Translations under genes and position numbers: made by a program
Shown here: in pieces, positions 1 through 10,319 of the stretch
Position numbering within the stretch: position 1 is the stretch's first letter
Layout of the letters: each line of letters begins with the position of its first letter
Notes under the pieces: generated by a model
Seen by the model: only the letters and a program-made list of their open reading frames with translations
Told to the model about the DNA's origin: nothing
Databases searched by the model: none
NCBI RefSeq assembly: GCF_001194135.2
Contig: NC_068983.1
Span: forward strand, 94,912,604 to 94,976,603
DNA: 64,000 bases
Reading direction: 5' to 3'
Origin: Octopus bimaculoides
Taxonomy: Eukaryota

Positions 1-45
1 GAGTACTCCAAAAAACACATGTACCCTTAACATAGTTTTCAGGGA

Positions 46-238
46 GAATCAGCATGACACAGAGTGTGATAAGGCTGGCCCTTTGAAATACAGGTACTAC
101 TCCTTTTTGCCAGCTGAGTGGACTGGAGCAGCATGAAATAAAGTGTCTTGTTCAAGGACACAACACATCGCCGGGGATTGAACTCACAACCATACAATCA
201 TGAGCTGAATACTCTAACCACTGAGTCACATGCCTTCA
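46..238 (-). mobile_element. tRNA-derived SINE, family E
   Basis: Head GTGAAGGCATGTGACTCAGTGGTTAG..GAGTTCAATCCCC; body GTGTCCTTGAACAAGACACTTTA..CTCCAGTCCACTCAGCTGG; second copy at about 48370-48570(-). Confidence 0.75.
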
Positions 239-1189
239 CATTGTACAAACTAAACAGTTTATAATACAAGTATATGGAGAATGACAAAAGACAGAAAAAC
301 TGTATTGTTTCCATCACAAACACTTATTTGCAAAGAGTTACACTCTGTCTTCAGTATTCAGTGTCTTGGTGAATGTTTGAAAAGAACAGATCCTTGATCT
401 TTTGGATGTCTTGTTGGTGTTTTTCCAGAATGGAATGTTGAGACCCTGCAAACATTGCCTCGATGGATTACTGCAAACATCATGTATCCTTCTTTCAGTG
501 ACAATGACCTTTCATAGATAAACGTTGTTTTACTTAAAAAAAAGTATAAATAGGAGCCCAACTTGTGAACATCTATATGCAACCAGCTACATCCTCTTCT
601 CAGTATTTAACAAGCAGTCCTCTCAGAAGGAATTGCCATACAGTTGAAAGTGCAATTAACTTTATGAAGGAGGAGAAAATAGCTGAACTCTTAAGGGTAG
701 TTGTTTAGATGTTGTAAGAATATAAGAAAATGGGATATACATTAATTACTAACATTGTTAGTATGTATAACACTAGCTAGGCTTAGTATTATCATCAATA
801 ACTGGTGTAACAATATCACTATTAACTGCTATGAAGGCAAAGATGATCTAGAAAGAGGTAGCTGTAGAGGCATCAAGGTGATGGAGCAAGTTATGTAAGA
901 GTTATAGCACAATTGATGAGGAAACAAACTAGCTTAGATATGATGATATTTGTGTTTGTGCTGAAGACTGGCTATTCATGAGAAATACTGTGTATCATTG
1001 ACCTAGTCCTTAAGCTGAATCTTTTGAAGTTTTAAAGAAATTTTAAACAAGGAAGCATAACCTTAAATCAAGAGATTGCAAAATAAACTTAGCAAAGACC
1101 ATACTTAATGCCTATTGTAGGTGCACAGGATGTGTAGTGTGATCACGGGTAGGCTGAGAGATGTGCAGGAATAGTTAGTAGCTAGAGCA

Positions 1190-1560
1190 CCTGTGAAATA
1201 ATTTTTTTCAAATGCTTAGAAGATTCCCTAGAAGCGGTTGGTAGCTTCTGTTAAACGACCAAACTATTAGTGGAGATGGATGTTCGAAATATCCAGAGCA
1301 ATAAGATAGTGGAAAAAGTGGAGGGTACTATTATCTCTGTTAGTAACAAAGAAATTCTTTCTGAGAGAATCACAGATTGTATAATACTTGTGTGCAAAGT
1401 GTGATGTTGCATGGTGGCAAAACATGGACACTAATGTGAAAACATGAAGTGGGTATGCTCCAGATGTGTAATGAACTAGGAAAATGGCTGACTGTAAGAA
1501 AAATCAGATGTAGAATGCATGACAGAAAACTATTGGGTTAAAAACTATTGGGTTAAAAAG
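1190..1560 (+). mobile_element. RTE-clade LINE fragment (RT C-terminal region)
   Basis: RLYNTCVQSVMLHGGKTWTL, a decayed RLYxACVRSVMLHGSETW; further decayed LINE-like sequence extends upstream to about 640. Confidence 0.65.
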
Positions 1561-3245
1561 GGCCAAGATGACAAACAAGAAAGTAACGTATGCATTGATG
1601 CATTACATAACTTGCACAATCTCTTCTCCCAATTTGCAATGAGGCCTTCTGATCCCTACCCACCTCTCCCTAACCAAATTAGCAAAAGTGATATTGTTGC
1701 CCTCTACAAAGCCTTTGATTAAATACATGGAAAGTTGACTCTTGAGAGATATGAACTCAGAATAGCGAGGAAAAAAACTAAGGTATCCAATTTAACAATA
1801 TTGTTTCAGCCAGTTCCACTGTTCAATATTCTCATATGATACTACACCCTTACATTACTATAATTATATAGACCTTTGTAGGCACTGCCAAACTGGGGAG
1901 ACAGATGCAGTTGATGTTCAGTTTGACCATTTCTAGGGAAAACATAGGTGATAGGGAAATGGAGAAATACTTAGGAATAATAGACAGTGTGTGTTGCCTT
2001 TTGAGAAGGTATGCAGCTTTTTATTACTGCAGTTTAGCTGGACAAGAGGTACCTGTCCTGGCATTGAGAAAGACACCTTCTAAATTAAATTGTTTTATAT
2101 GTAATTATTCAATTTTACATAAATGATCTATTCCGTCCATGGTTGCATGGGTTCAACAGTTATCAAATGGTGAAAAAAACATTTAATTCATCTTTTTAAA
2201 TTTTACAAACCGACCTTATACTCTTCAGGAAAAAATGTATATATGCATACACAATTATTACTAGCATGAAAATAGAAAAGTTTAGTCAAATGCCCCATAC
2301 CTCAGATATGGTTTCACATTTTGGCACAAGGTAAGTAATTTCGGGGGAGGGGTAAGTTAATTACAATAGACCCAGTGCTTGACTGGTACTTATTTTATTG
2401 AATCCCAAAAGAATGAAAAGCAAAGTCAACTTTGGCAGAATTTGAACTCAGAACATAAAGATGGATAAAATGGTGCTAAGCATTTTGCTTGGCATGCTAA
2501 CAGTTCTGCCAGCTGAACACCTTATAAGTCACAAATTATTTAAAAAAGTAAGTCTTCAATCAAATTTGTGGTAGAAATTTAAATTCTGTTTTTCTAAATA
2601 CAGACGTCTGAGTAGTTGTTGTGTACTGAACAACTAGCCAAGAGGTTAGTGTTTATTTTTCACCACTTTCACTCCCTGTATCCATGGTCAAGATCAGTGG
2701 TTCTCCAAACTTTTTGGACTCCTTCCCCCATGGCTCCCAGTTCACATTCCTAGCACCCCTCCCCAATACAAACATATGCTTCTTTCTACTGCAAATTCAA
2801 AACATCTGTGTTCAACAAATAAAGCTTAATCTAGTAAACCAATTTACTTTGCTGATTTTACAATGTGAAAGAGTAAATTTACACACACACACACATATAT
2901 ATCTTTTTATCTTTTACTTGTTTCTGTCATTAGACTGCAGCCATGCTGGGGCTCTGACTTGGAGAATTTTTAGTCAACTGAATTGACCACAATACTTTTT
3001 TTCTTTTAAGGCTGGTACTTAATTTATCAGTCTCTTTGCCAAACCACTAAGTTACAGGGATGTGCACACACCAATTTCGTTGTGAAACACAGACACAAAA
3101 ACATACATGTAGATATTTGCTTATTTACATTTCAGAGCCTATTATTATTGTTCATGTTGTTGTCATTATTATTATTGTGATTGTGGCTAATAAGTAGCTT
3201 ATCATCATATTACATTTAAATATTTATTTCTTAAAATTAACATTT

Positions 3246-4500
3246 AAATGAGGGTGAGTCAAAAAGTAATTCAATTTTTATCATAATTGGTGCATTTTTC
3301 AATGAAATTATTTGATATTTGGTATAGATGTAAAGGCACATATACTCTTGATCTTCAGTAGTTTAACTTTTTTTCCAGATTTATGAATGAGCTGATACCA
3401 AAATGCTTGAAGTACATCAGAAACAAAGAGCAATAATTGAGTTCCTTGTTACTGAAAGAGAAACTCCTGTGAACATTCACAAAAGACTGAAAAATGTTTA
3501 CAAAAATAAAACTTTAACCCACAGCAACTTATGGGAAATAGGCTCATTGTCTCACTGAGAATTCAACAGACCAAAAGGTATTGGTAAATTCAAGCTTAGC
3601 AGACATGCCTTGTAGTGATTGCTCATCAATTTCTGTCAACCCTGCCAACAAGAAAAAAAACAGACCCTTTAGTTAGAGCTGATTGGTGGATAAACATTGA
3701 TGAGCTGGCATCAGAGCTTTGAGTTAGCCATGGTAGTGCTCACATTATCAAAGCACTTGCACTTTTGGAAGTGTGTGCCTGTTGGGTAACAAAACAACTG
3801 ACGGATGAGCACAGGACTGGAAAGGTTAACTGTTGTACTGAACTCCTTAAACTCAGCGAAAGAGACAAAACCTTTCTTCGAAGGCTCTCAACTGATCATG
3901 AAAATTGGATTCATCATTATGAAGCAGAATCAAAAAGACAATCAATGAAGTAGTGTCACCCAATGTATCCAAAGGCATGAAAAAGTCAGCTGTAAAAATC
4001 ATGGTGACTATCTTTTAGGATGCTCAAAATGTTATTCTTGTTGATTTCTTGCAAAGAGAAGAAACAGTCAATTCTGAAACATACATTGTGACCCTTAAAA
4101 GACTGAGTAAGACCAAATTTGGAAATGAATGAAGTTCTTCAACAGAATGCCCGGCCTCACTCAAGCTTGAGAACAAGGGAGGCATTCACTTTTTTCAGGT
4201 GAACAACTCTATCCCATCTTTCTTTCTTACGTGACTTAGCACCCTCAGACTTTCATCTCTTTGGTCCAATGTAAAAGGAATGAGAAGCAAACATTATGGT
4301 GGTGATGAAGAATTGAAAACTACTACAAGGAATTGGCTACATCAGCAGACAGCAAAGTTTTACAAAGCTGGGATACACACCCCCATTTGTAGGTGGAACA
4401 CTGCCATTGAAAGAGGTGGGTGGTGACTATGTTGAGAAATAGGGAAGTATATCTATATGTGACGTATATCTATATGTGATGTATATCTATATTTTGATGT
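3246..4500 (+). mobile_element. Degenerate mariner (DD34D) transposon
   Basis: TIR-like start GAGGGTGAGTCAAAAAG; broken frames AIIEFLVTERETPVNIHKRLKNVY, WVTKQLT, DHENWIHHYEAESKRQSM, DLAPSDFHLFGP; many stops and frameshifts. Confidence 0.85.
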
Positions 4501-4531
4501 ACAATATGTTCAAATATTCTCCTTATGCATC

Positions 4532-4728
4532 TATGAGGGGGCACTGAAAAGTTCTTGGTTTTAAGGGTATCGCGAAAAGCCTGGTTGAAGGTCCAATCTT
4601 CTGAGTTATTTTACAGGGCCTAGAAAATCTGAAGGACAGGTGCAATAAGTGTGTGAATCTGAGTGGAATGAAACCATAATTAACTGATCCTCCACGCAAA
4701 GCCAGGAACTTTTCTACACCCCATCGTA
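4532..4728. mobile_element. Mariner-derived MITE (about 197 bp)
   Basis: Imperfect TIRs TATGAGGGGGCACTGAAAAGTTCTTGG and reverse complement TACGATGGGGTGTAGAAAAGTTCCTGG, TA at both ends. Confidence 0.7.
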
Positions 4729-5885
4729 TTGTCCCCTTACTTACATAAAGACTGTAAAGTGCATCTACTGTCTCCAATATTCACATGAAATCTTCCACTA
4801 CTCCCAGGGAGTAGTAGTGTTTATTTTGAATGCTGAGGTATTTGTTCTTGAAGACTGTGCACTACTCTTTGCTTTTGACTGGTAATTACATTTCTGGTTT
4901 TGCACTCCATTTGATAACATTTTTAACATAGTGGCTTGGTAAAAATGAATAATATTAGTAATGTGTTGAGAAGGCTTCCAGTGCATAACTTAGCTAGTGT
5001 ATGTTCTGTAATAAACAGTCCTACCTTACAAGAGATAGAGTAACTAACCATGTGAGGTGCAGAGTGGAGAAATGGAAAGGTGTCAACAAAAACAAATATA
5101 ATTTTAGACACATTTAAAATCAAAATTGATATTATTATGTGTAATTGGTGTGGGTTTAACATGAAAAATAAGTGATTGACCTTAAAGTAGAAAATTCATA
5201 ATTTTATTATAAATATTCTTCAGAAAATACATTGCACATTTATAAAAACATATTTGTCAGATTTATCTGTTGATGTGGGAGTTTTTGTGAAGACTTGTGA
5301 AAAAACTCTCAGAATTCAAAATTTAAACTGGGACAACTGGAAAATGACACTTATGGTGAACCTTATTTTGGATAAGAGAATATTTTAGACAAAAACAAAA
5401 AAACCAAGAAAAGCATGAAATGACTGACAAAAACTGGACACTCAGAAAAATATTTGGGTAATATTGTCATTTCTAACATATTTATAATCTATGCTCTACT
5501 TTTTTTTACCTACAACTTTTCCAGTTTTCATAGATGAAAACTAAGGTATTGAACCTGTGATGAGTTCAAACCAGCTGCAAGTATTCCATTGTTTCTAGAC
5601 AAGACACTCTTCATGTCATGTTTCATCTAGCAGTCTGGAGTTAGTACCAAAATATCTGGAAACATTCTTAGACTTCATTGTCAACTTGAAGAAGCTGATG
5701 GATTCCAGTATCTTTTTTCCCAGATATTCATGTTGATACTTCAATAGGATTTTATTTTTATCTCAATAATATATAATCTATTTCTTACCGAAGCACATCT
5801 TCATCTAAATTTACCAAACCTTACTTTGTCACCTAGCTTTTCTTCAATTTTCTTGTCCTACAATTTCATAGGGCTTAGCGTTTTT

Positions 5886-5891
5886 TTTATT
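5886..5891 (-). terminator. Candidate poly(A) signal of TANGO6
   Basis: AATAAA on the minus strand about 300 nt after the current stop; another at 5751-5756. Confidence 0.4.
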
Positions 5892-6032
5892 TTTGCTAGA
5901 ATAAAAACAATAAAGTACAAGAACAAATTTTCTACTTTGACACTGAATCTTAAAAATACAAAATATGTTTCACAACAAAATATTACTTTAGATTTAAAGA
6001 CTCTGAAAACAAAAACAAAGATTTACTATGGG

Positions 6033-6201
6033 TCATCATCATCATCATCATCGTTTAACGTCCGCTTTCCATGCTAGCATGGGTTGGACGATTTGACTGA
6101 GGACTGGTGAAACCGGATGGCAACACCAAGCTCCAATCTAATTTGGCAGAGTTTCTACAGCTGGATGCCCTTCCTAACACCAACCACTCAGAGAGTGTAG
6201 T
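6033..6201 (-). mobile_element. 5'-truncated SINE with RTE-type (GAT)n tail, overlapping the TANGO6 stop codon
   Basis: Near-identical to 50850-51010 and 52690-52843 of this window; starts ACTACACTCTCTGAGTGGTTGG, ends GTTAAACGATGATGATG. Confidence 0.92.
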
Positions 6202-9200
6202 CCAATACACGAATTCTTTTGGTGAGAACTTGTTTTGGAAAAAGGGCATCTTTTACCAGATCATTGAGTTCATACAATGCCAAATTTGTTTGTAATTTAA
6301 CAGCTTCATCTTGTTCTTTGGATTTAATAGATTTCAATAATTTATATAAATCCTTTAAAATGTCTTCTAGAAGAACGAAAGTATCTTTTCCAAGTCCTTG
6401 TAACAACTGTGTAATCAAAAGAACTGCAGCAGCTCGCACCTCAGCACTGCTGTCATGTTTTGCCAAGCTGCTACAGCAAGAGAATATCTCATAAATAACA
6501 TTGCCTAATGAGAAGCGGAGAAGTTTACAAACCTCACCAAGATTAGATAGGCAGCTGGCACGCACCAAGAAATCACTGTCTTTTGTACCTTGTAAAAATG
6601 CATTGAGTAAAATGTTTTTAAATTTCACCACAGTTTCACCAAGTCCTTGTGTCACCTTTACAAGACATTCTCCAAGTTTGATTTTCAACTCAGATGAAAC
6701 AGCTTCAACATTGTGGATTTCTGATTCAGGATCCTGGAATAATTTAATTATCCTTGGTACCACTTTATTAGGAAAATGATCAGCCATAACAGATAGGCCT
6801 TTCACAGCAGAAAGATAGATGTAGGAATCTGGGTGGATTAGCTTTTCTTCAAAGATATGTAAAATAAGATCTTGCTTTTTGAGAGTCTCTTCATCTTTGT
6901 TTTGAATTAGTTGTGTCAATGCAATTAGTCCATGACCCTGAACAGGCACTAATGAATCATACGCATCTTTTAATGCTGACTGTAACTCAGACAAACGAGA
7001 ATCCTTCTCCTTGGGGAAATTGTACCTCATCTTGAAAGTGTTGGCTGTTGCAAATTTTGGTTGTAATGTATTGTTTTCAGGTGCACTATTTTTCAGGTTT
7101 GATCTGTTACTATCTTTGGTAGATATTTCATTAATGTTGGATACTATAGTATTGGAATCTGGCTGACACAAATGTTTCTCTTTATTTTCTCTCTCTAGAC
7201 TCTGATCTACTGACTTGTCAGCGGATAACAAAGTAACTTTGTTCCCCAAAGCAGTTTTGTTCCCACATGGTTCCTGTGAAGAATTTTCAATAACCTCTAT
7301 AAGTTTTTGATCTTTTTTAGAATCTGTAGTTTTTGTAGATTGTTCATTTTCTAATATAACAGCTGAGTCCATATCAGGCCAAACTGCTCCGTATGTGGCA
7401 ACAGCAATACGCAAGCTAGATGCCATTGTTTTAATGCTATGGTTATCTGTACTCGTAATCACATTCTGAAGAAGGGGAATAAATGTTCTCATACTATTTT
7501 GTTCCTCATTAGACATTTCCATGGCACTTGCCACAATAGCTGTCAGCAGGCCTAGGGATATAGTTAAAATTTCATTTGTGAAAATGCTTTCAAAGTCAAA
7601 CTCATTCTCATTAGCTTTACAGCAACATCTAGTTAGAGCAGCTTTGATGAATTCTAGTATATATTTAGTATTACTATTACTACTAAAGTTCTGTTTCTCA
7701 TAAATTGCTGCTATGAAGGTGAGAATTTTCAATTGATAAAATATTTCATCAGAATTACATGAAAAGCTCCGAGGATTTATATCTAAACTATTTTTATCTA
7801 AATTCTCTGGAAATTTGCTACATGAACTCACTTTTGAAGTTAATGTTTGAGTAAGGCTCTGAAGCATGTCTACAAATAAATTTTCTGATAATTTATTGGG
7901 TTTTATTTTATCAAGCAAATCCATTAGGTTATCAATCATATCTGAATCTTCTGAAAAGAAATCATACTGTCCCTTTTTCTTATCATCAAAAACAACACTA
8001 ACAGCACCATTACTCTCTACTATAAAATCTAAAGAAGCATGCATTAAAGGAATTTTGAATTGAGGGACTTTGTTTGTGGTGCTGAAAATAAAAGATTTCA
8101 AACACATAACTGCATTTTTCTCATCAAGAAATTTTAAATAAGTCAATAAAAGTTCTTCTGACAATTTTTTAACATTGATAGGTGCATCCTTCCAACAAAA
8201 TAAACAAAAAATAACATGGATAAATTGTTTCAAATTGGTTAGCAAATAAGAGTGTGGTTCACAACCAAGAACAAAGATTTTGTGACAGTTTTGCAGACAT
8301 TTGCTAAATTCACTTTCACTAATTAAAGATGCACCTTGTAAAGTTGTATCTTTATGTAAATACCCAGTGCAAGTATAAAAAGGACCAAAAATATACCGTA
8401 AACAGTATTCTTCAAAGATATCTGGCTGTTGCTTACAAACAATATTCATAGTACAACAAGCAATACGCAAGTATTGTTGTGACATCTCCATATCATTGCA
8501 TTTAAGTAATGCATTTACTTGAGGCAGTATTAAATTATAATAATTATCAACTTTTTCATTCAAAGGAATGTTAGCAATCACTTTTGAAATACCATCACGT
8601 ATTTTATTTTCATCAATTGGGTTTTTGGAATCTGAGATTGATGCATCAAGCATACCTTGAACAATATACAGCACTCCATTAGGTTTAAGAAGAATTTTTG
8701 TTAAATTCAAACTGCAAGCATTTTTTAGCCACTGAGGAGTCGGTGAAAAATTAGGAGGGGAAAATTTTATATCGGAATTTTCCTCATTCAGTTTTTTAAG
8801 AAGTTTTGGTGCTGGGACACCCTGCAAAAATACAAGTTCTCTTACCAAAGATGGTTGATAAGACCCATTGACCAGTTTTTCAAGAAACTTTTGACAAAAT
8901 GTGATGTCTTCGACAGTAACATGAACATGGCTTGTAACATTTTCCCGATTCGTCTCCATTGGATTACATGATCTAGAAGAACTTGGGTTGTTTGTAATTT
9001 CGGCTGTCGTTTTCGAAGGAAAAACATCACAGCAATTTATATTTCCAGACATCAAACTTTCAATTAAATAGTTAGAAGATAATTTTCTCAAATCGATATT
9101 GTTTTCCGTTTCAGTCGGAGAGGGCTTTTGTGGAGGATATTTTTTAACTCCATAGCACAACTGGAATATCACAGCAAGACAATCTCCTAAATGACGTGAC

Positions 9201-9793
9201 AAAAGTAGACTACCCAGCGACGTTCGGTTGAGACAAACTGAAAACAGGCGAGCAACTTGTAATAATCTAAACTGTCTTTCTAGTATTGATTTAGCCTCCG
9301 GCTTACAAGATAACAACAACGAACCATAATCGGATCTTTGCTGTAGCGGAATGCCAACACCTTTAGCAAAATAAGGATAAACTCCGAGATAAATGATGAA
9401 CTGCATAGTACTGCTGAACACTTTCTGTTGCATGATGCTCAGTATATCAGAAGGAGCAGCATCTTTGCTATTTAACTTTTCTACTCTATCATTTCGAGAG
9501 AGATCCTGAAGAATTATTAATAAAGCTTCGTTGAGAATAAGGCAGGTAGATGCAAATTTCCATTTTAGACTAGATTCAGAAGAGAAATAATGCGCTTGTC
9601 TCCTGGTATAGAATGAATTCAAACTTTGGAATTTGCCATCTTTACAGAGTTTGTCGCAAAAATCTTCAAAACTATTTTGAAGTAGGAAATCCAGCTCATC
9701 AAAATTTGATGACTCTTTATTCAAGCTCTCCCACTTGCCAGGAGAAACCAAAATTTCCATTGCTTCTATAGTTATCGTCAGTTGAGATTCCAT
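6188..9793 (-). CDS. TANGO6: Transport and Golgi organization protein 6 homolog (TANGO6/TMCO7/Rtp1 family), single-exon ORF, 1201 aa
   Basis: Uninterrupted 3606-nt ORF. Segments resemble TANGO6 as recalled: N-terminal PSDILSIMQQK..QFIIYLGVYPYFAKGVGIPL; C-terminal HEAT/ARM region DSLVPVQGHGLIAL, HPDSYIYLSAVKGL, DSDFLVRASCLSNLGEVC, EVRAAAVLLITQLLQGLG, LFPKQVLTKRIRVL. Confidence 0.93.
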   Translation of the reverse strand: MESQLTITIEAMEILVSPGKWESLNKESSNFDELDFLLQNSFEDFCDKLCKDGKFQSLNSFYTRRQAHYFSSESSLKWKFASTCLILNEALLIILQDLSRNDRVEKLNSKDAAPSDILSIMQQKVFSSTMQFIIYLGVYPYFAKGVGIPLQQRSDYGSLLLSCKPEAKSILERQFRLLQVARLFSVCLNRTSLGSLLLSRHLGDCLAVIFQLCYGVKKYPPQKPSPTETENNIDLRKLSSNYLIESLMSGNINCCDVFPSKTTAEITNNPSSSRSCNPMETNRENVTSHVHVTVEDITFCQKFLEKLVNGSYQPSLVRELVFLQGVPAPKLLKKLNEENSDIKFSPPNFSPTPQWLKNACSLNLTKILLKPNGVLYIVQGMLDASISDSKNPIDENKIRDGISKVIANIPLNEKVDNYYNLILPQVNALLKCNDMEMSQQYLRIACCTMNIVCKQQPDIFEEYCLRYIFGPFYTCTGYLHKDTTLQGASLISESEFSKCLQNCHKIFVLGCEPHSYLLTNLKQFIHVIFCLFCWKDAPINVKKLSEELLLTYLKFLDEKNAVMCLKSFIFSTTNKVPQFKIPLMHASLDFIVESNGAVSVVFDDKKKGQYDFFSEDSDMIDNLMDLLDKIKPNKLSENLFVDMLQSLTQTLTSKVSSCSKFPENLDKNSLDINPRSFSCNSDEIFYQLKILTFIAAIYEKQNFSSNSNTKYILEFIKAALTRCCCKANENEFDFESIFTNEILTISLGLLTAIVASAMEMSNEEQNSMRTFIPLLQNVITSTDNHSIKTMASSLRIAVATYGAVWPDMDSAVILENEQSTKTTDSKKDQKLIEVIENSSQEPCGNKTALGNKVTLLSADKSVDQSLERENKEKHLCQPDSNTIVSNINEISTKDSNRSNLKNSAPENNTLQPKFATANTFKMRYNFPKEKDSRLSELQSALKDAYDSLVPVQGHGLIALTQLIQNKDEETLKKQDLILHIFEEKLIHPDSYIYLSAVKGLSVMADHFPNKVVPRIIKLFQDPESEIHNVEAVSSELKIKLGECLVKVTQGLGETVVKFKNILLNAFLQGTKDSDFLVRASCLSNLGEVCKLLRFSLGNVIYEIFSCCSSLAKHDSSAEVRAAAVLLITQLLQGLGKDTFVLLEDILKDLYKLLKSIKSKEQDEAVKLQTNLALYELNDLVKDALFPKQVLTKRIRVLDYTL

Positions 9794-10230
9794 GATGTAA
9801 ATGAATTAATGAGAATACAATGGCAAAAACGTTTCGGTGAATTAGCAGACACAAAACAAATAACAATCAACCGCCATGCTAACTAAATATGCAGCATTTT
9901 GGTTTCCTTTCATTGAAGAGTGTAAAGAGAGAGAGAGGGAGAGGAGAAAAGTATGGCGAAATAAAAGAGAGATGGAAAGAAAATAGACTAAAAGAAGAAC
10001 GATTAAAATAGAGAGATTAAGAGTTATGCAGTGCGTTTAGCAGAAATTACAAGGTTGAAAGCGAAAATGACAGCCACTGATGTCTCAAATGATTATTTTA
10101 ATGAAGTGAGGTGCAAGATATCAGAGTGACTTCCCTTGAGTATGAATCTTTCTAACGGATGTATATTGCTCACTTCTCGTCTAAATCCCTGAATTAAATT
10201 GCGATTCAAAACTTCACCTTAATTGTGGAA
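9794..10230. promoter_or_regulatory. Putative bidirectional promoter / 5' UTR region shared by TANGO6 and Cactin
   Basis: Divergent ATGs at 9793 (-) and 10231 (+), 437 bp apart; GA-rich tract about 9925-9990; YY1-like ATGGCG cores at 9872-9877 (-) and 9953-9958 (+). TSSs cannot be seen from sequence. Confidence 0.7.
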
Positions 10231-10319
10231 ATGGATGAGACATTACAAGTCAAGAAACATCATCACAAAAGCACTTCCAAGAGTAGTCATCGGCATAAAA
10301 GTAAAGAGAAACACAAATC
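10231..10319 (+). CDS. CACTIN: Cactin exon 1 (coding part)
   Basis: [29 protein letters not shown](S); first in-frame ATG after TAA at 10195; donor GTAAG at 10320; phase 2 matches exon 2. Confidence 0.82.
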
